From Oscillospiraceae bacterium (GTDB lineage: Bacteria; Bacillota; Clostridia; Oscillospirales; CAG-272): a stretch of DNA of 64,000 nucleotides. A model generated the notes under the pieces. The model ran no database searches. It was not told the DNA's origin and worked only from the letters and a program-made list of their open reading frames with translations. The position numbers and the translations under genes were made by a program. This document shows, in pieces, positions 1-7,057 of this stretch. Location: assembly GCA_015065285.1 (NCBI GenBank), contig SVQP01000005.1:9794-73793 (forward strand), written 5' to 3'. The first letter of the stretch is position 1; each line of letters begins with the position of its first letter.

Positions 1-4
1 AACC

Positions 5-394
5 ATGTCTTACAATCATGCCTACGGAGGTATAATCCCTTTTCCCAAAGAATACTGGGCAGATTGGCATGACAGATGGATAACAAACCACAATGGCAAG
101 CGTTTTTACAGATATATCAAGGATAGGGACACTTTTGTCGGCGAGGTAGCATATCATTTCGACGGAGAAAGACAGATTTATATTGCTGATGTGATTATTT
201 ATGCTCCGTATCGTGGAAAGGGATATGGTCGCAATGGATTGTCGCTTTTATGCGAAAATGCAAAATCGAATGGCATAAAGGAACTCCATGATGACATTGC
301 TATCGACAATTCTGCTGTTGCACTATTCCTTAAATGTGGGTTTGTGGAAGTGTTAAGAACCAGTGAGTATGTTTTAGTAAAAAAGGAATTGTGA
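5..394 (+). CDS. GNAT family N-acetyltransferase
   Basis: 129-aa ORF with an acetyl-CoA-binding style motif (APYRGKGYGRNGL) and C-terminal FLKCGF. Codons are AT-richer than in most of the window. Confidence 0.7.
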   Translation: MSYNHAYGGIIPFPKEYWADWHDRWITNHNGKRFYRYIKDRDTFVGEVAYHFDGERQIYIADVIIYAPYRGKGYGRNGLSLLCENAKSNGIKELHDDIAIDNSAVALFLKCGFVEVLRTSEYVLVKKEL

Positions 395-436
395 GTTAAC
401 CAAATTCCAATTTGTCGAGCAGAACAGCGTTGAATG

Positions 437-467
437 TTGGTGTGATTTTGGTGCAAATTTGGTGCAA
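437..467. repeat. Phased direct repeat, TTGGTG x3 at 11-bp spacing (TTTGGTGCAA tandem x2)
   Basis: TTGGTG starts at 437, 448 and 459; read directly from the sequence. Confidence 0.8.
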
Positions 468-486
468 CACTTTATAGGGCGATACT

Positions 487-533
487 CACGATATTCACGA
501 TATCGCACGAAAACACACGATAAATCTACGATA
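487..533. repeat. Phased direct repeat, five (C/T)ACGA(T/A)A words
   Basis: Word starts at 487, 496, 506, 516 and 527, so spacing is 9-11 bp. Confidence 0.8.
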
Positions 534-670
534 TCACACTGTGTTCTTAAAACTCGAAGAGATAATTTCGACCTTTGGTCGAAACTTGCAAAAAATGCTC
601 CGCATCGGTCTGCGTAAATAACGGTAAAATTATCAAAAGCCAATACTTTCAAATAGTAATTGCCCCAGGT

Positions 671-769
671 GCGGGCGATCACTGATCGCCCCTACGGCTA
701 TTTTTGTTTGGGTTTTACGTATGAAAGCCACAGCACAGACACTTGTAGGGGCGATCAGTGATCGCCCGC
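671..769. repeat. Perfect 25-bp inverted repeat around a 49-bp spacer
   Basis: 671-695 GCGGGCGATCACTGATCGCCCCTAC is the exact reverse complement of 745-769. Each arm also contains the 19-bp palindrome GGGCGATCA-N-TGATCGCCC with two GATC sites. Confidence 0.9.
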
Positions 770-800
770 TCCTGCGGCAACTATTCATAAAAAAACAATT

Positions 801-836
801 AAGGACTGCATCAAAACGATACAGTCCTTGATTTTT
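801..836 (+). terminator. Intrinsic terminator-like hairpin
   Basis: AAGGACTG, 13-nt loop, CAGTCCTT, then GATTTTT. An A-run upstream makes it potentially bidirectional. Confidence 0.6.
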
Positions 837-900
837 GCGAAATTCTCCGCTAATTTGTCAGCCCCATCTGCAGGGCATTTTTGTTATCTCTTGGAGAACA

Positions 901-995
901 ATGAATTGCCCTTACGGGCATGAATTGGCTTACGCCATGAATTGCACCCCGGGTGCATGAATTGCCTACGGCATGAAAGGAACAGGGCAATTCAT
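901..995. repeat. ATGAATT-word array, copy 1
   Basis: ATGAATT at 901, 920, 937 and 957, a degenerate ATGAA at 973, and inverted AATTCAT at 989. The words are separated by GC-rich mini-palindromes (GCCCttacGGGC, GGCttacGCC, GCACCCcGGGTGC, GCCtacGGC). Confidence 0.85.
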
Positions 996-1014
996 TCCAA
1001 ATTCCGGCGCCCTC

Positions 1015-1043
1015 TTTACTTTTATCTGAAAATATGGTATAAT
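1015..1043 (+). promoter_or_regulatory. Sigma-A type promoter candidate for the second GNAT gene
   Basis: TTTACT, 17 nt, TATAAT with an extended TG (TGGTATAAT). It overlaps the first ATG of the long ORF, which favours the ATG at 1087 as the start. Confidence 0.5.
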
Positions 1044-1086
1044 GCCATGGATAAAAGCTTACACTTGGAGGAGGACAGTGCAGAGT

Positions 1087-1515
1087 ATGATCAGACATAT
1101 GCAAGAGCGCGACAGGGCAGAGGTGCTTTGTATGATGCGCGAATTTTACGCGTCAGACGCGGTTTGGAGCAACGGCTCGGACGAGATTTTCGGTGCGGAT
1201 ATTGATAGCTGCCTTGGCGATTGTCCATTCCTTGAGGGCTACGTATTCGAAGAAGAGCATAGATTGCAAGGGTACGCCATGGTTGCCAAAAGCTTTTCCA
1301 CCGAATTCGGCAAGCCATGTATCTGGCTGGAGGATATCTACGTCATGCCCGCATTCCGCGATCGCGGCATTGGCAGCGCGTTCATGTCGTACGTCCAGAA
1401 CAAGTACCCGGGTGCGATCTTCCGTCTGGAGGTCGAGCCCGAGAATGAGAGAGCCGTGCACGTGTATGAAAAGTACGGTTTCTCGGTCATCCCTTACATG
1501 GAAATGAAGAAATAA
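1087..1515 (+). CDS. GNAT family N-acetyltransferase
   Basis: The ORF is open from 1042. GGAGGAGG lies 12 nt upstream of the ATG at 1087. GNAT core motif is present (VMPAFRDRGIGSAFM ... YEKYGF). Confidence 0.8.
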   Translation: MIRHMQERDRAEVLCMMREFYASDAVWSNGSDEIFGADIDSCLGDCPFLEGYVFEEEHRLQGYAMVAKSFSTEFGKPCIWLEDIYVMPAFRDRGIGSAFMSYVQNKYPGAIFRLEVEPENERAVHVYEKYGFSVIPYMEMKK

Positions 1516-1608
1516 ACACTCCACCATCGGTTGAGTTCTCCCCATTCAACCTGCGGTGTGTTGATTTTGACCGCCTTAGCGGGTACACTGTGATCGAAAG
1601 GAGCGTGT

Positions 1609-2223
1609 ATGATGGATCAAATCAAAATTGGCAAGTTCATTGCCGAACGCAGAAAACTCAAAAACATGACGCAGGCGCAGCTGGCTGAAAGGGTTGGCGT
1701 GACTGACCGCGCTGTGTCCAAATGGGAAAACGGAAGATCCATGCCGGATTCCTCGATCATGCTGGAGCTTTGCGGTGTGCTCTCGATCACCGTCAACGAT
1801 TTACTTTGTGGGGAGGTAGTAACAGTGAATCACTACAACGAAAAAATGGAAAACAACCTGCTTGAGGCTATCAGAGAAAAGCAGGAGGCTGACAAGCGAC
1901 TTTTGCGCCTGGAGATCGTGATTGGAATCTTTTCCATAATCTTTCTGCTGGCTTGCACTTTCACGGCGGCATATGTTAATATGCCGGATTGGACGAGGAT
2001 TTTGCTGATCGTGGTGGGCTTTGTGCTGTGTCTGATCGGCGTTGCCTTTGGCATTCACATTGAGCAGAAGGCAGGGTACTACGAGTGCGCAAAATGCGGG
2101 CATCGCTACGTGCCGAAATACGGCAGCGTACTCATGGCAATGCACTTTGGCAGAACCAGATATATGAAGTGCCCCGAATGCGGCAAGAGATCCTGGCAGA
2201 AAAAGAGAATCGGTAAGGATTAA
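1609..2223 (+). CDS. XRE-family HTH regulator with transmembrane segments and a C-terminal CxxC...CxxC zinc-ribbon
   Basis: N-terminal HTH_3-like motif (MTQAQLAERVGVTDRAVSKWENG), two hydrophobic helices, then YECAKCGH ... KCPECGK. Confidence 0.75.
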   Translation: MMDQIKIGKFIAERRKLKNMTQAQLAERVGVTDRAVSKWENGRSMPDSSIMLELCGVLSITVNDLLCGEVVTVNHYNEKMENNLLEAIREKQEADKRLLRLEIVIGIFSIIFLLACTFTAAYVNMPDWTRILLIVVGFVLCLIGVAFGIHIEQKAGYYECAKCGHRYVPKYGSVLMAMHFGRTRYMKCPECGKRSWQKKRIGKD

Positions 2224-2227
2224 GGTC

Positions 2228-2256
2228 TTGACTTTATATTGCGGCTGTGATATAAT
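2228..2256 (+). promoter_or_regulatory. Sigma-A type promoter candidate upstream of the pnuC leader
   Basis: TTGACT, 17 nt, TATAAT. Confidence 0.6.
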
Positions 2257-2307
2257 GTCGTATGTCAAATGAATATGCTTTCTGCCACCGGGTAGAAGAT
2301 GCAATCA

Positions 2308-2363
2308 AGCATCCGTACACACATCATAAGGTCTTTGAAGATGTGTATGCGGATGCTTTTTTT
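2308..2363 (+). terminator. Intrinsic terminator inside the pnuC 5' leader (candidate attenuator or riboswitch expression platform)
   Basis: 18-bp stem AGCATCCGTACACACATC / GATGTGTATGCGGATGCT with one mismatch and one G-U pair. It is followed by T7 and sits directly before the RBS AAGGAGAAG. Confidence 0.7.
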
Positions 2364-2374
2364 AAGGAGAAGTT

Positions 2375-3073
2375 ATGAGCAGGATCAAACGTTTATCGAC
2401 GTATTTTTCAAAGGGCGAGATCGCGCTGTGGAGCGCCTCGGTCGTCCTTGTTTTGCTGTCCTTTTTCGCCTTTGACAGAGAGAATTATCTGACGCTGGCG
2501 GCTTCGCTGATCGGTGTGACCTCACTGATCTTCAACGCAAAGGGCAACCCGTTCGGGCAGGTGCTCATGGTCATTTTCAGTATCCTGTACGGTATCATCT
2601 CATTGACGTTTTCCTATTACGGAGAGATGATCACCTATCTTGGCATGACCATGCCCATGGCGGTGATGGCTCTGATCTCGTGGCTCAAAAACCCTTATAA
2701 TCAAAACAAAAGCGAGGTGCGCGTCAATCACATCCGCGGCAGGGAATGGGGAATCGTCGTGCTGTTGAGCGCTGCTGTGACGGCTGTGTTCTATTTCATT
2801 TTGCGGGCATGTGGCACAGCCAACCTGCTGCCAAGCACACTGTCGGTCACCACAAGCTTTGCAGCGGTTTATCTGACCTGGCGTCGCAGCCCGTACTTCG
2901 CGCTGGCATACGCGGCAAACGATCTTGTTCTGATCGTGCTGTGGGTCATGGCAAGCCTTTCGGATATCCGCTACGTCTCGGTCGTGGTCTGCTTTGCAGC
3001 GTTTTTTGTCAACGACGTCTACGGCTACGTCAGCTGGAAACGCATGCAGAAGCGTCAGGCAGCGGGGCTGTGA
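2375..3073 (+). CDS. pnuC: Nicotinamide riboside transporter PnuC
   Basis: 232-aa polytopic protein with a PnuC-like N-terminus and the conserved WLKNPY / NDxxY style motifs. Confidence 0.75.
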   Translation: MSRIKRLSTYFSKGEIALWSASVVLVLLSFFAFDRENYLTLAASLIGVTSLIFNAKGNPFGQVLMVIFSILYGIISLTFSYYGEMITYLGMTMPMAVMALISWLKNPYNQNKSEVRVNHIRGREWGIVVLLSAAVTAVFYFILRACGTANLLPSTLSVTTSFAAVYLTWRRSPYFALAYAANDLVLIVLWVMASLSDIRYVSVVVCFAAFFVNDVYGYVSWKRMQKRQAAGL

Positions 3074-3200
3074 GGCAGGTATTGTTCAAGAAAATTTTAC
3101 AATTTCTGCGCATGCCCTGAAGAATCGCAACGAGGTGCACAAAAGGACGGTTTCGGGGCAGTATTTTGTGCCGAAAATTGATGAATTTTTCACAAAGGTA

Positions 3201-3229
3201 TGGACTTTTATAAATTTATATGATATAAT
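3201..3229 (+). promoter_or_regulatory. Promoter candidate for the hydrogenase operon
   Basis: TGGACT, 17 nt, TATAAT. It lies 45 nt upstream of the hydC start. Confidence 0.45.
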
Positions 3230-3273
3230 AAGACGGTTATAATTATAAAGTAATCACAGGAGGATACTTAACC

Positions 3274-3771
3274 ATGAAAAAGAAATTGACTACGGTTGAA
3301 TTTCGTGGCACTCCTGAGCAGGAAGCTCAGTTGCTTGAGGTAATCAAGAAGTATGAGGGCGTACCCGGTGCAACCATGCCCATCATGCAGGAGGCTCAGG
3401 CTATCTACGGCTATCTGCCCTACGAAGTGCAGAAGATCATCGCAGAGAAGACCGGCACGCCCATCGAAAAGATCTACGGCATTGCCACCTTCTATGCACA
3501 GTTCAAGCTCAATCCCGATGGTGAGATTGCAGTTGCAGTTTGCCTGGGTACCGCTTGCTACGTAAAGGGCTCCGGCGACATTATCAACAAGTTCTCCGAC
3601 CTGCTCGGCGTTCCTGTTGGCAGCACCTCTCCCGACGGCAAGTACTCTCTGGAAGCTACCAGATGCATCGGCGCTTGCGGTCTGGCTCCCGTTCTTACCG
3701 TGAACGGTGAGGTTTACGGCAGACTGACCGTTGCTGACGTTCCCGAGATTCTCAAGAAGTACGTAGACTAA
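3274..3771 (+). CDS. hydC: [FeFe]-hydrogenase NuoE-like [2Fe-2S] subunit (HydC/HndA type)
   Basis: Thioredoxin-like ferredoxin Cys pattern CLGTACYVKG ... CIGACGLAP. RBS AGGAGG upstream. Confidence 0.85.
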   Translation: MKKKLTTVEFRGTPEQEAQLLEVIKKYEGVPGATMPIMQEAQAIYGYLPYEVQKIIAEKTGTPIEKIYGIATFYAQFKLNPDGEIAVAVCLGTACYVKGSGDIINKFSDLLGVPVGSTSPDGKYSLEATRCIGACGLAPVLTVNGEVYGRLTVADVPEILKKYVD

Positions 3772-3820
3772 TTCAAACTCAAACCTGAATTTGCAAGAAC
3801 TGCAAAGAACGGAGAAAAAT

Positions 3821-4174
3821 ATGAAGATCAGCGAAATCAGTAAACTTCTGGACGCAAAGCTGCTGTGCGGTGAGGAGCACCTTGATAGTGACGTCATCTC
3901 TGCATGCTGCAGTGATATGATGAGCGACGTGCTCGCTTACGTCAAGGACCAAGGAGTACTTATCACAGGACTCATCAATTCGCAGGTGATACGCACTGCG
4001 AATATGATGGACATGATCTGCATTGTTTTCGTCAGAGGCAAGCAACCGACCGAAGAGATGGTTGAGCTGGCAGAGGAGTGCGGCATTGCCGTAATGTGCA
4101 GCGATAAGCGCGCATTTGAGGCAAGCGGCATTCTGTATGCAGCAGGACTGTCGCACAGTGCCGGGGGTCAATGA
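3821..4174 (+). CDS. DRTGG domain protein
   Basis: The ORF is open from a TTG at 3791; the ATG at 3821 has GGAGAA upstream. The sequence resembles DRTGG domains and has the same layout as the paralog at 5970. Confidence 0.6.
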   Translation: MKISEISKLLDAKLLCGEEHLDSDVISACCSDMMSDVLAYVKDQGVLITGLINSQVIRTANMMDMICIVFVRGKQPTEEMVELAEECGIAVMCSDKRAFEASGILYAAGLSHSAGGQ

Positions 4175-4596
4175 TGTCTGACGTTGTAAAGTTCCATTTT
4201 GACGTAGACGGCTCGGACTTTTCGTCCGCAGGTGCTGCGTCTGTTTCGGTCAAGAAAAAGCTGCGCCAGCTTGGATATTCGCCCGAGGTGATCAGACGCG
4301 TGTCGATCGCTATGTACGAGGGGGAGATCAACATGGTTATTCACGCAAACGGCGGCACTGCCGACGTAGAGGCGGGGGATGACAAGATCGTGATCGTCCT
4401 TTCGGATAAGGGCCCCGGAATCCCTGACGTGGAGCTTGCCATGCAGGCAGGCTATTCCACCGCCAAGGATCATATCCGTAATCTCGGCTTTGGCGCCGGC
4501 ATGGGCTTGCCGAACATGATCAAATATACGGACGATCTGCGTATCGATACCGTAGTGGGAGAGGGAACCACCATTACCATGACGGTTCTGCTCTGA
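4171..4596 (+). CDS. HATPase_c-type ATP-binding protein (SpoIIAB/RsbW-like serine kinase fold)
   Basis: 141 aa with N-box and G-box like motifs (EGEINMVIHA, DKGPGIPD, GFGAGMGLPN). The start overlaps the upstream stop (ATGA). Confidence 0.7.
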   Translation: MMSDVVKFHFDVDGSDFSSAGAASVSVKKKLRQLGYSPEVIRRVSIAMYEGEINMVIHANGGTADVEAGDDKIVIVLSDKGPGIPDVELAMQAGYSTAKDHIRNLGFGAGMGLPNMIKYTDDLRIDTVVGEGTTITMTVLL

Positions 4597-4627
4597 ATCA
4601 AAAATCATCAAATGATGCGAGGTGTGT

Positions 4628-5980
4628 ATGATACGAGAGTATGAGCACTCGGTATCACTTGATATCGAAAAATGCAAGGGATGTACAGCCTGCCTGAAGC
4701 GCTGCCCGACAGAAGCCATCCGCATTCGCGATGGCCATGCGGTCATCAATCCGGTCCGCTGCATCGATTGCGGTGAATGCATCCGCGTATGTCCTTACAA
4801 GGCGAAAAAAGCCACGCACGATCCCTTGTCTGTTCTGAATGATTACAAGTACACAGTTGCGCTCCCGGCTCCCTCGCTCTATGGACAGTTTGACAATCTG
4901 GATAATATCGGTTATATCATCCGAGGACTTCTGGATCTTGGATTTGACGATGTGTTCGAGGTTGCCTGCGCTGCAGAGCTTGTCAGTGCCTACACGCGCA
5001 AGTACATCAACAGAGAAGACGTGAAAAAGCCCGTGATCAGCTCGGCTTGCCCGACCATCATGCGCTTGATCAGTACCAATTACCCTTATTTGTGTGAGAA
5101 TATCATGCCCATTCTTCCGCCTATCGATATTGCAGCTATGCTTGCAAAGGAGAAGGCGATGCAGGAGCATCCCGAGCTTTCGGATGAGGATATCGGCATT
5201 ATCTTTATCTCACCCTGTCCCGCCAAGGTCAGTTACGTCAAGAACAACTTTGCGGGAGACCGGAATTACGTGTCCGCGACCGTTTCGGTAAGAGACGTAT
5301 ATTTCGCACTGCTTGACAAAATGAACAAGTATAAGGAGGAGCCTTACGAGGCAACCGAAGCAGGTATCATCGGTATCGGCTGGGCGAGCACGGGCGGCGA
5401 ATCCACTGCAATACTCAATGACCGCTATCTGGCGGCGGACGGTATTGAAAATTGCATCCGCGTGCTTGACCGCATTGACAGCGCGGATATCACAACACTT
5501 GATTTTGTTGAGCTCAACGCTTGCAGCGGAGGCTGCGTCGGCGGTGCTATGGCGGTGGCAAACCCCTACATCGCGCAGGCGAGATTGCAGTCGCTCAAGC
5601 GCTATCTGCCCGTTTCTCCCAACAGACCCGCCAGCGATTGGATTCCCGATAAGTATTTCCACGAGAAAGAGATCGAGTACAATCCTTACGGACTGCTTTC
5701 CTCGGACCGCCGCACAGCAATGCGCATGATGAGTGATATCGAGTGCATCGGCAAGGCGCTGCCCGGCTTGGATTGTGGCTCGTGCGGTGCACCCAACTGC
5801 ATGGCATTTGCCGAGGATATCGTCAAGTGCGAGGCTGGGGCGGATGAATGCACCGTCATGCTCAAGCGACTGATGAAGGAGAGGGGCATTGAAACCGAGC
5901 GAGAGGAGATTCTCCATCGCTTTGATGCAATTATTCAAGAAAATCACCGCGATAAGGAGGGTGGAGGCAATGAAGGTTAA
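4628..5980 (+). CDS. HydS-like putative sensory [FeFe]-hydrogenase homolog
   Basis: Two N-terminal 4Fe-4S motifs (CKGCTACLKRCP, CIDCGECIRVCP). H-domain motifs are degenerate: SSACP, SPCPAK, ELNACSGGCVGG. A C-terminal Cys cluster is present (CGSCGAPNC...C...C). I see no PAS domain. Confidence 0.75.
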   Translation: MIREYEHSVSLDIEKCKGCTACLKRCPTEAIRIRDGHAVINPVRCIDCGECIRVCPYKAKKATHDPLSVLNDYKYTVALPAPSLYGQFDNLDNIGYIIRGLLDLGFDDVFEVACAAELVSAYTRKYINREDVKKPVISSACPTIMRLISTNYPYLCENIMPILPPIDIAAMLAKEKAMQEHPELSDEDIGIIFISPCPAKVSYVKNNFAGDRNYVSATVSVRDVYFALLDKMNKYKEEPYEATEAGIIGIGWASTGGESTAILNDRYLAADGIENCIRVLDRIDSADITTLDFVELNACSGGCVGGAMAVANPYIAQARLQSLKRYLPVSPNRPASDWIPDKYFHEKEIEYNPYGLLSSDRRTAMRMMSDIECIGKALPGLDCGSCGAPNCMAFAEDIVKCEAGADECTVMLKRLMKERGIETEREEILHRFDAIIQENHRDKEGGGNEG

Positions 5981-6299
5981 GGCTCTTTGCGAGCGACTCG
6001 GTGCGCGCGTGCTTTGCGGCACAGCGGACGGGGAGTTTGAGGGCGTGTATACCGGCGACCTGCTCAGTCGTGCAATGAGTCGCGTGGAGTACGGATGCGC
6101 ATGGGTAACCATCATGGCTAACATCAACGTAGTAGCGGTCGCCAATCTGACAGAGCCCGCTCTGATCGTACTGGCAGAGGACGTGATCATGCAAGAGGAT
6201 GCACTGAGCGCAGCGCAGGAGAATCAGCTTTGCGTGATCAGCACGCCCATGTCGGCGTATGAGATCTGCTGCGCCATCCACGAGATGGCAGGGGAGTGA
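5970..6299 (+). CDS. DRTGG domain protein (second copy)
   Basis: The ATG at 5970 is preceded by GGAGGGTGGAGG and overlaps the end of the HydS-like gene. It resembles the product of 3821-4174. Confidence 0.6.
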   Translation: MKVKALCERLGARVLCGTADGEFEGVYTGDLLSRAMSRVEYGCAWVTIMANINVVAVANLTEPALIVLAEDVIMQEDALSAAQENQLCVISTPMSAYEICCAIHEMAGE

Positions 6300-6303
6300 T
6301 CCC

Positions 6304-7056
6304 ATGAGCCTTTACCGGTGCGATTTACATCTGCATTCCTGCCTGTCTCCCTGCGGAGACGAGGATATGACGCCCGGCAATATTGTCGGCATGTCACTTT
6401 TGAACGGACTGCAGATCGTGGCGCTGACCGACCACAATTCCACCAAAAACTGCCCGGCATTTTTCAAGATCGCCAAGGCAAACGGCATCATCCCGATAGC
6501 GGGCATGGAGCTGACCACCGCTGAGGACGTTCACGCGGTCTGCCTGTTCCGGGATCTGGAAAGCGCCATGGAATTTGGCGAGTTTGTGGACAAGCGTCGC
6601 TTCAAGATCAAAAACGAGCCCGAGATTTTCGGCAGACAGTGCATCACCAATCAGGATGACGAGGTGGTGGACGAGGAGGAGTTCCTGCTCATCAATGCGT
6701 CCTACCTTTCCTTGGAGGAGGCTTATTCTGAGGTCAAGAGGCGCCAAGGCGTTTGCTATCCCGCACACATTGACCGTTCCTCAAACGGCATTATTTCCAT
6801 GCTGGGCGATTTTCCGCCCGATCCGCACTTTACGGCGTTTGAGCTCAACGATATCGCCTCGCTTTCCGAGTGCCTTGAGAAATATCCCATTCTGCGGCAG
6901 AGAGGATTGACCTATGTCGCTTCCTCCGATGCGCATTACCTGACCGATATTGCCGAGGAAGGATTTGTCGTCGAGTTGGATGACGAGCCGTATTCCTCTC
7001 AGCTGGTCAGAGATCGACTGATCGATTATCTGCTGGGAAAAACAAAAGGAGATTGA
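6304..7056 (+). CDS. PHP-domain metal-dependent phosphoesterase
   Basis: N-terminal CDLHLHSCLSPCGD and LTDHNS motifs typical of PHP domains. Confidence 0.75.
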   Translation: MSLYRCDLHLHSCLSPCGDEDMTPGNIVGMSLLNGLQIVALTDHNSTKNCPAFFKIAKANGIIPIAGMELTTAEDVHAVCLFRDLESAMEFGEFVDKRRFKIKNEPEIFGRQCITNQDDEVVDEEEFLLINASYLSLEEAYSEVKRRQGVCYPAHIDRSSNGIISMLGDFPPDPHFTAFELNDIASLSECLEKYPILRQRGLTYVASSDAHYLTDIAEEGFVVELDDEPYSSQLVRDRLIDYLLGKTKGD

Positions 7057-7057
7057 T

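Noticed and set aside
374-682. A 102-aa minus-strand ORF, the only ORF covering the repeat-rich spacer.
   Set aside because: It has no RBS. Its sequence is dominated by translated repeat words (YREYREYR). It runs across phased repeats and is more plausibly non-coding.
901-995. Possible CRISPR array, given regularly spaced repeats with variable intervening sequence.
   Set aside because: The repeat word is only 7 nt and the 'spacers' are 9-13-nt self-complementary GC hairpins. There is no leader and no cas gene in the window. The second locus switches word orientation, which CRISPR arrays do not do.
3178-3195. Rex (NADH/NAD+ sensing repressor) operator upstream of the hydrogenase promoter: TTGATGAATTTTTCACAA.
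   Set aside because: Only the right half-site (TTCACAA) matches the TTGTGAA-N4-TTCACAA consensus. The left half matches 4 of 7 positions, or needs a 1-nt shift. That is too weak to call without a position-weight-matrix scan and comparison with other Rex-regulated promoters of the genome.
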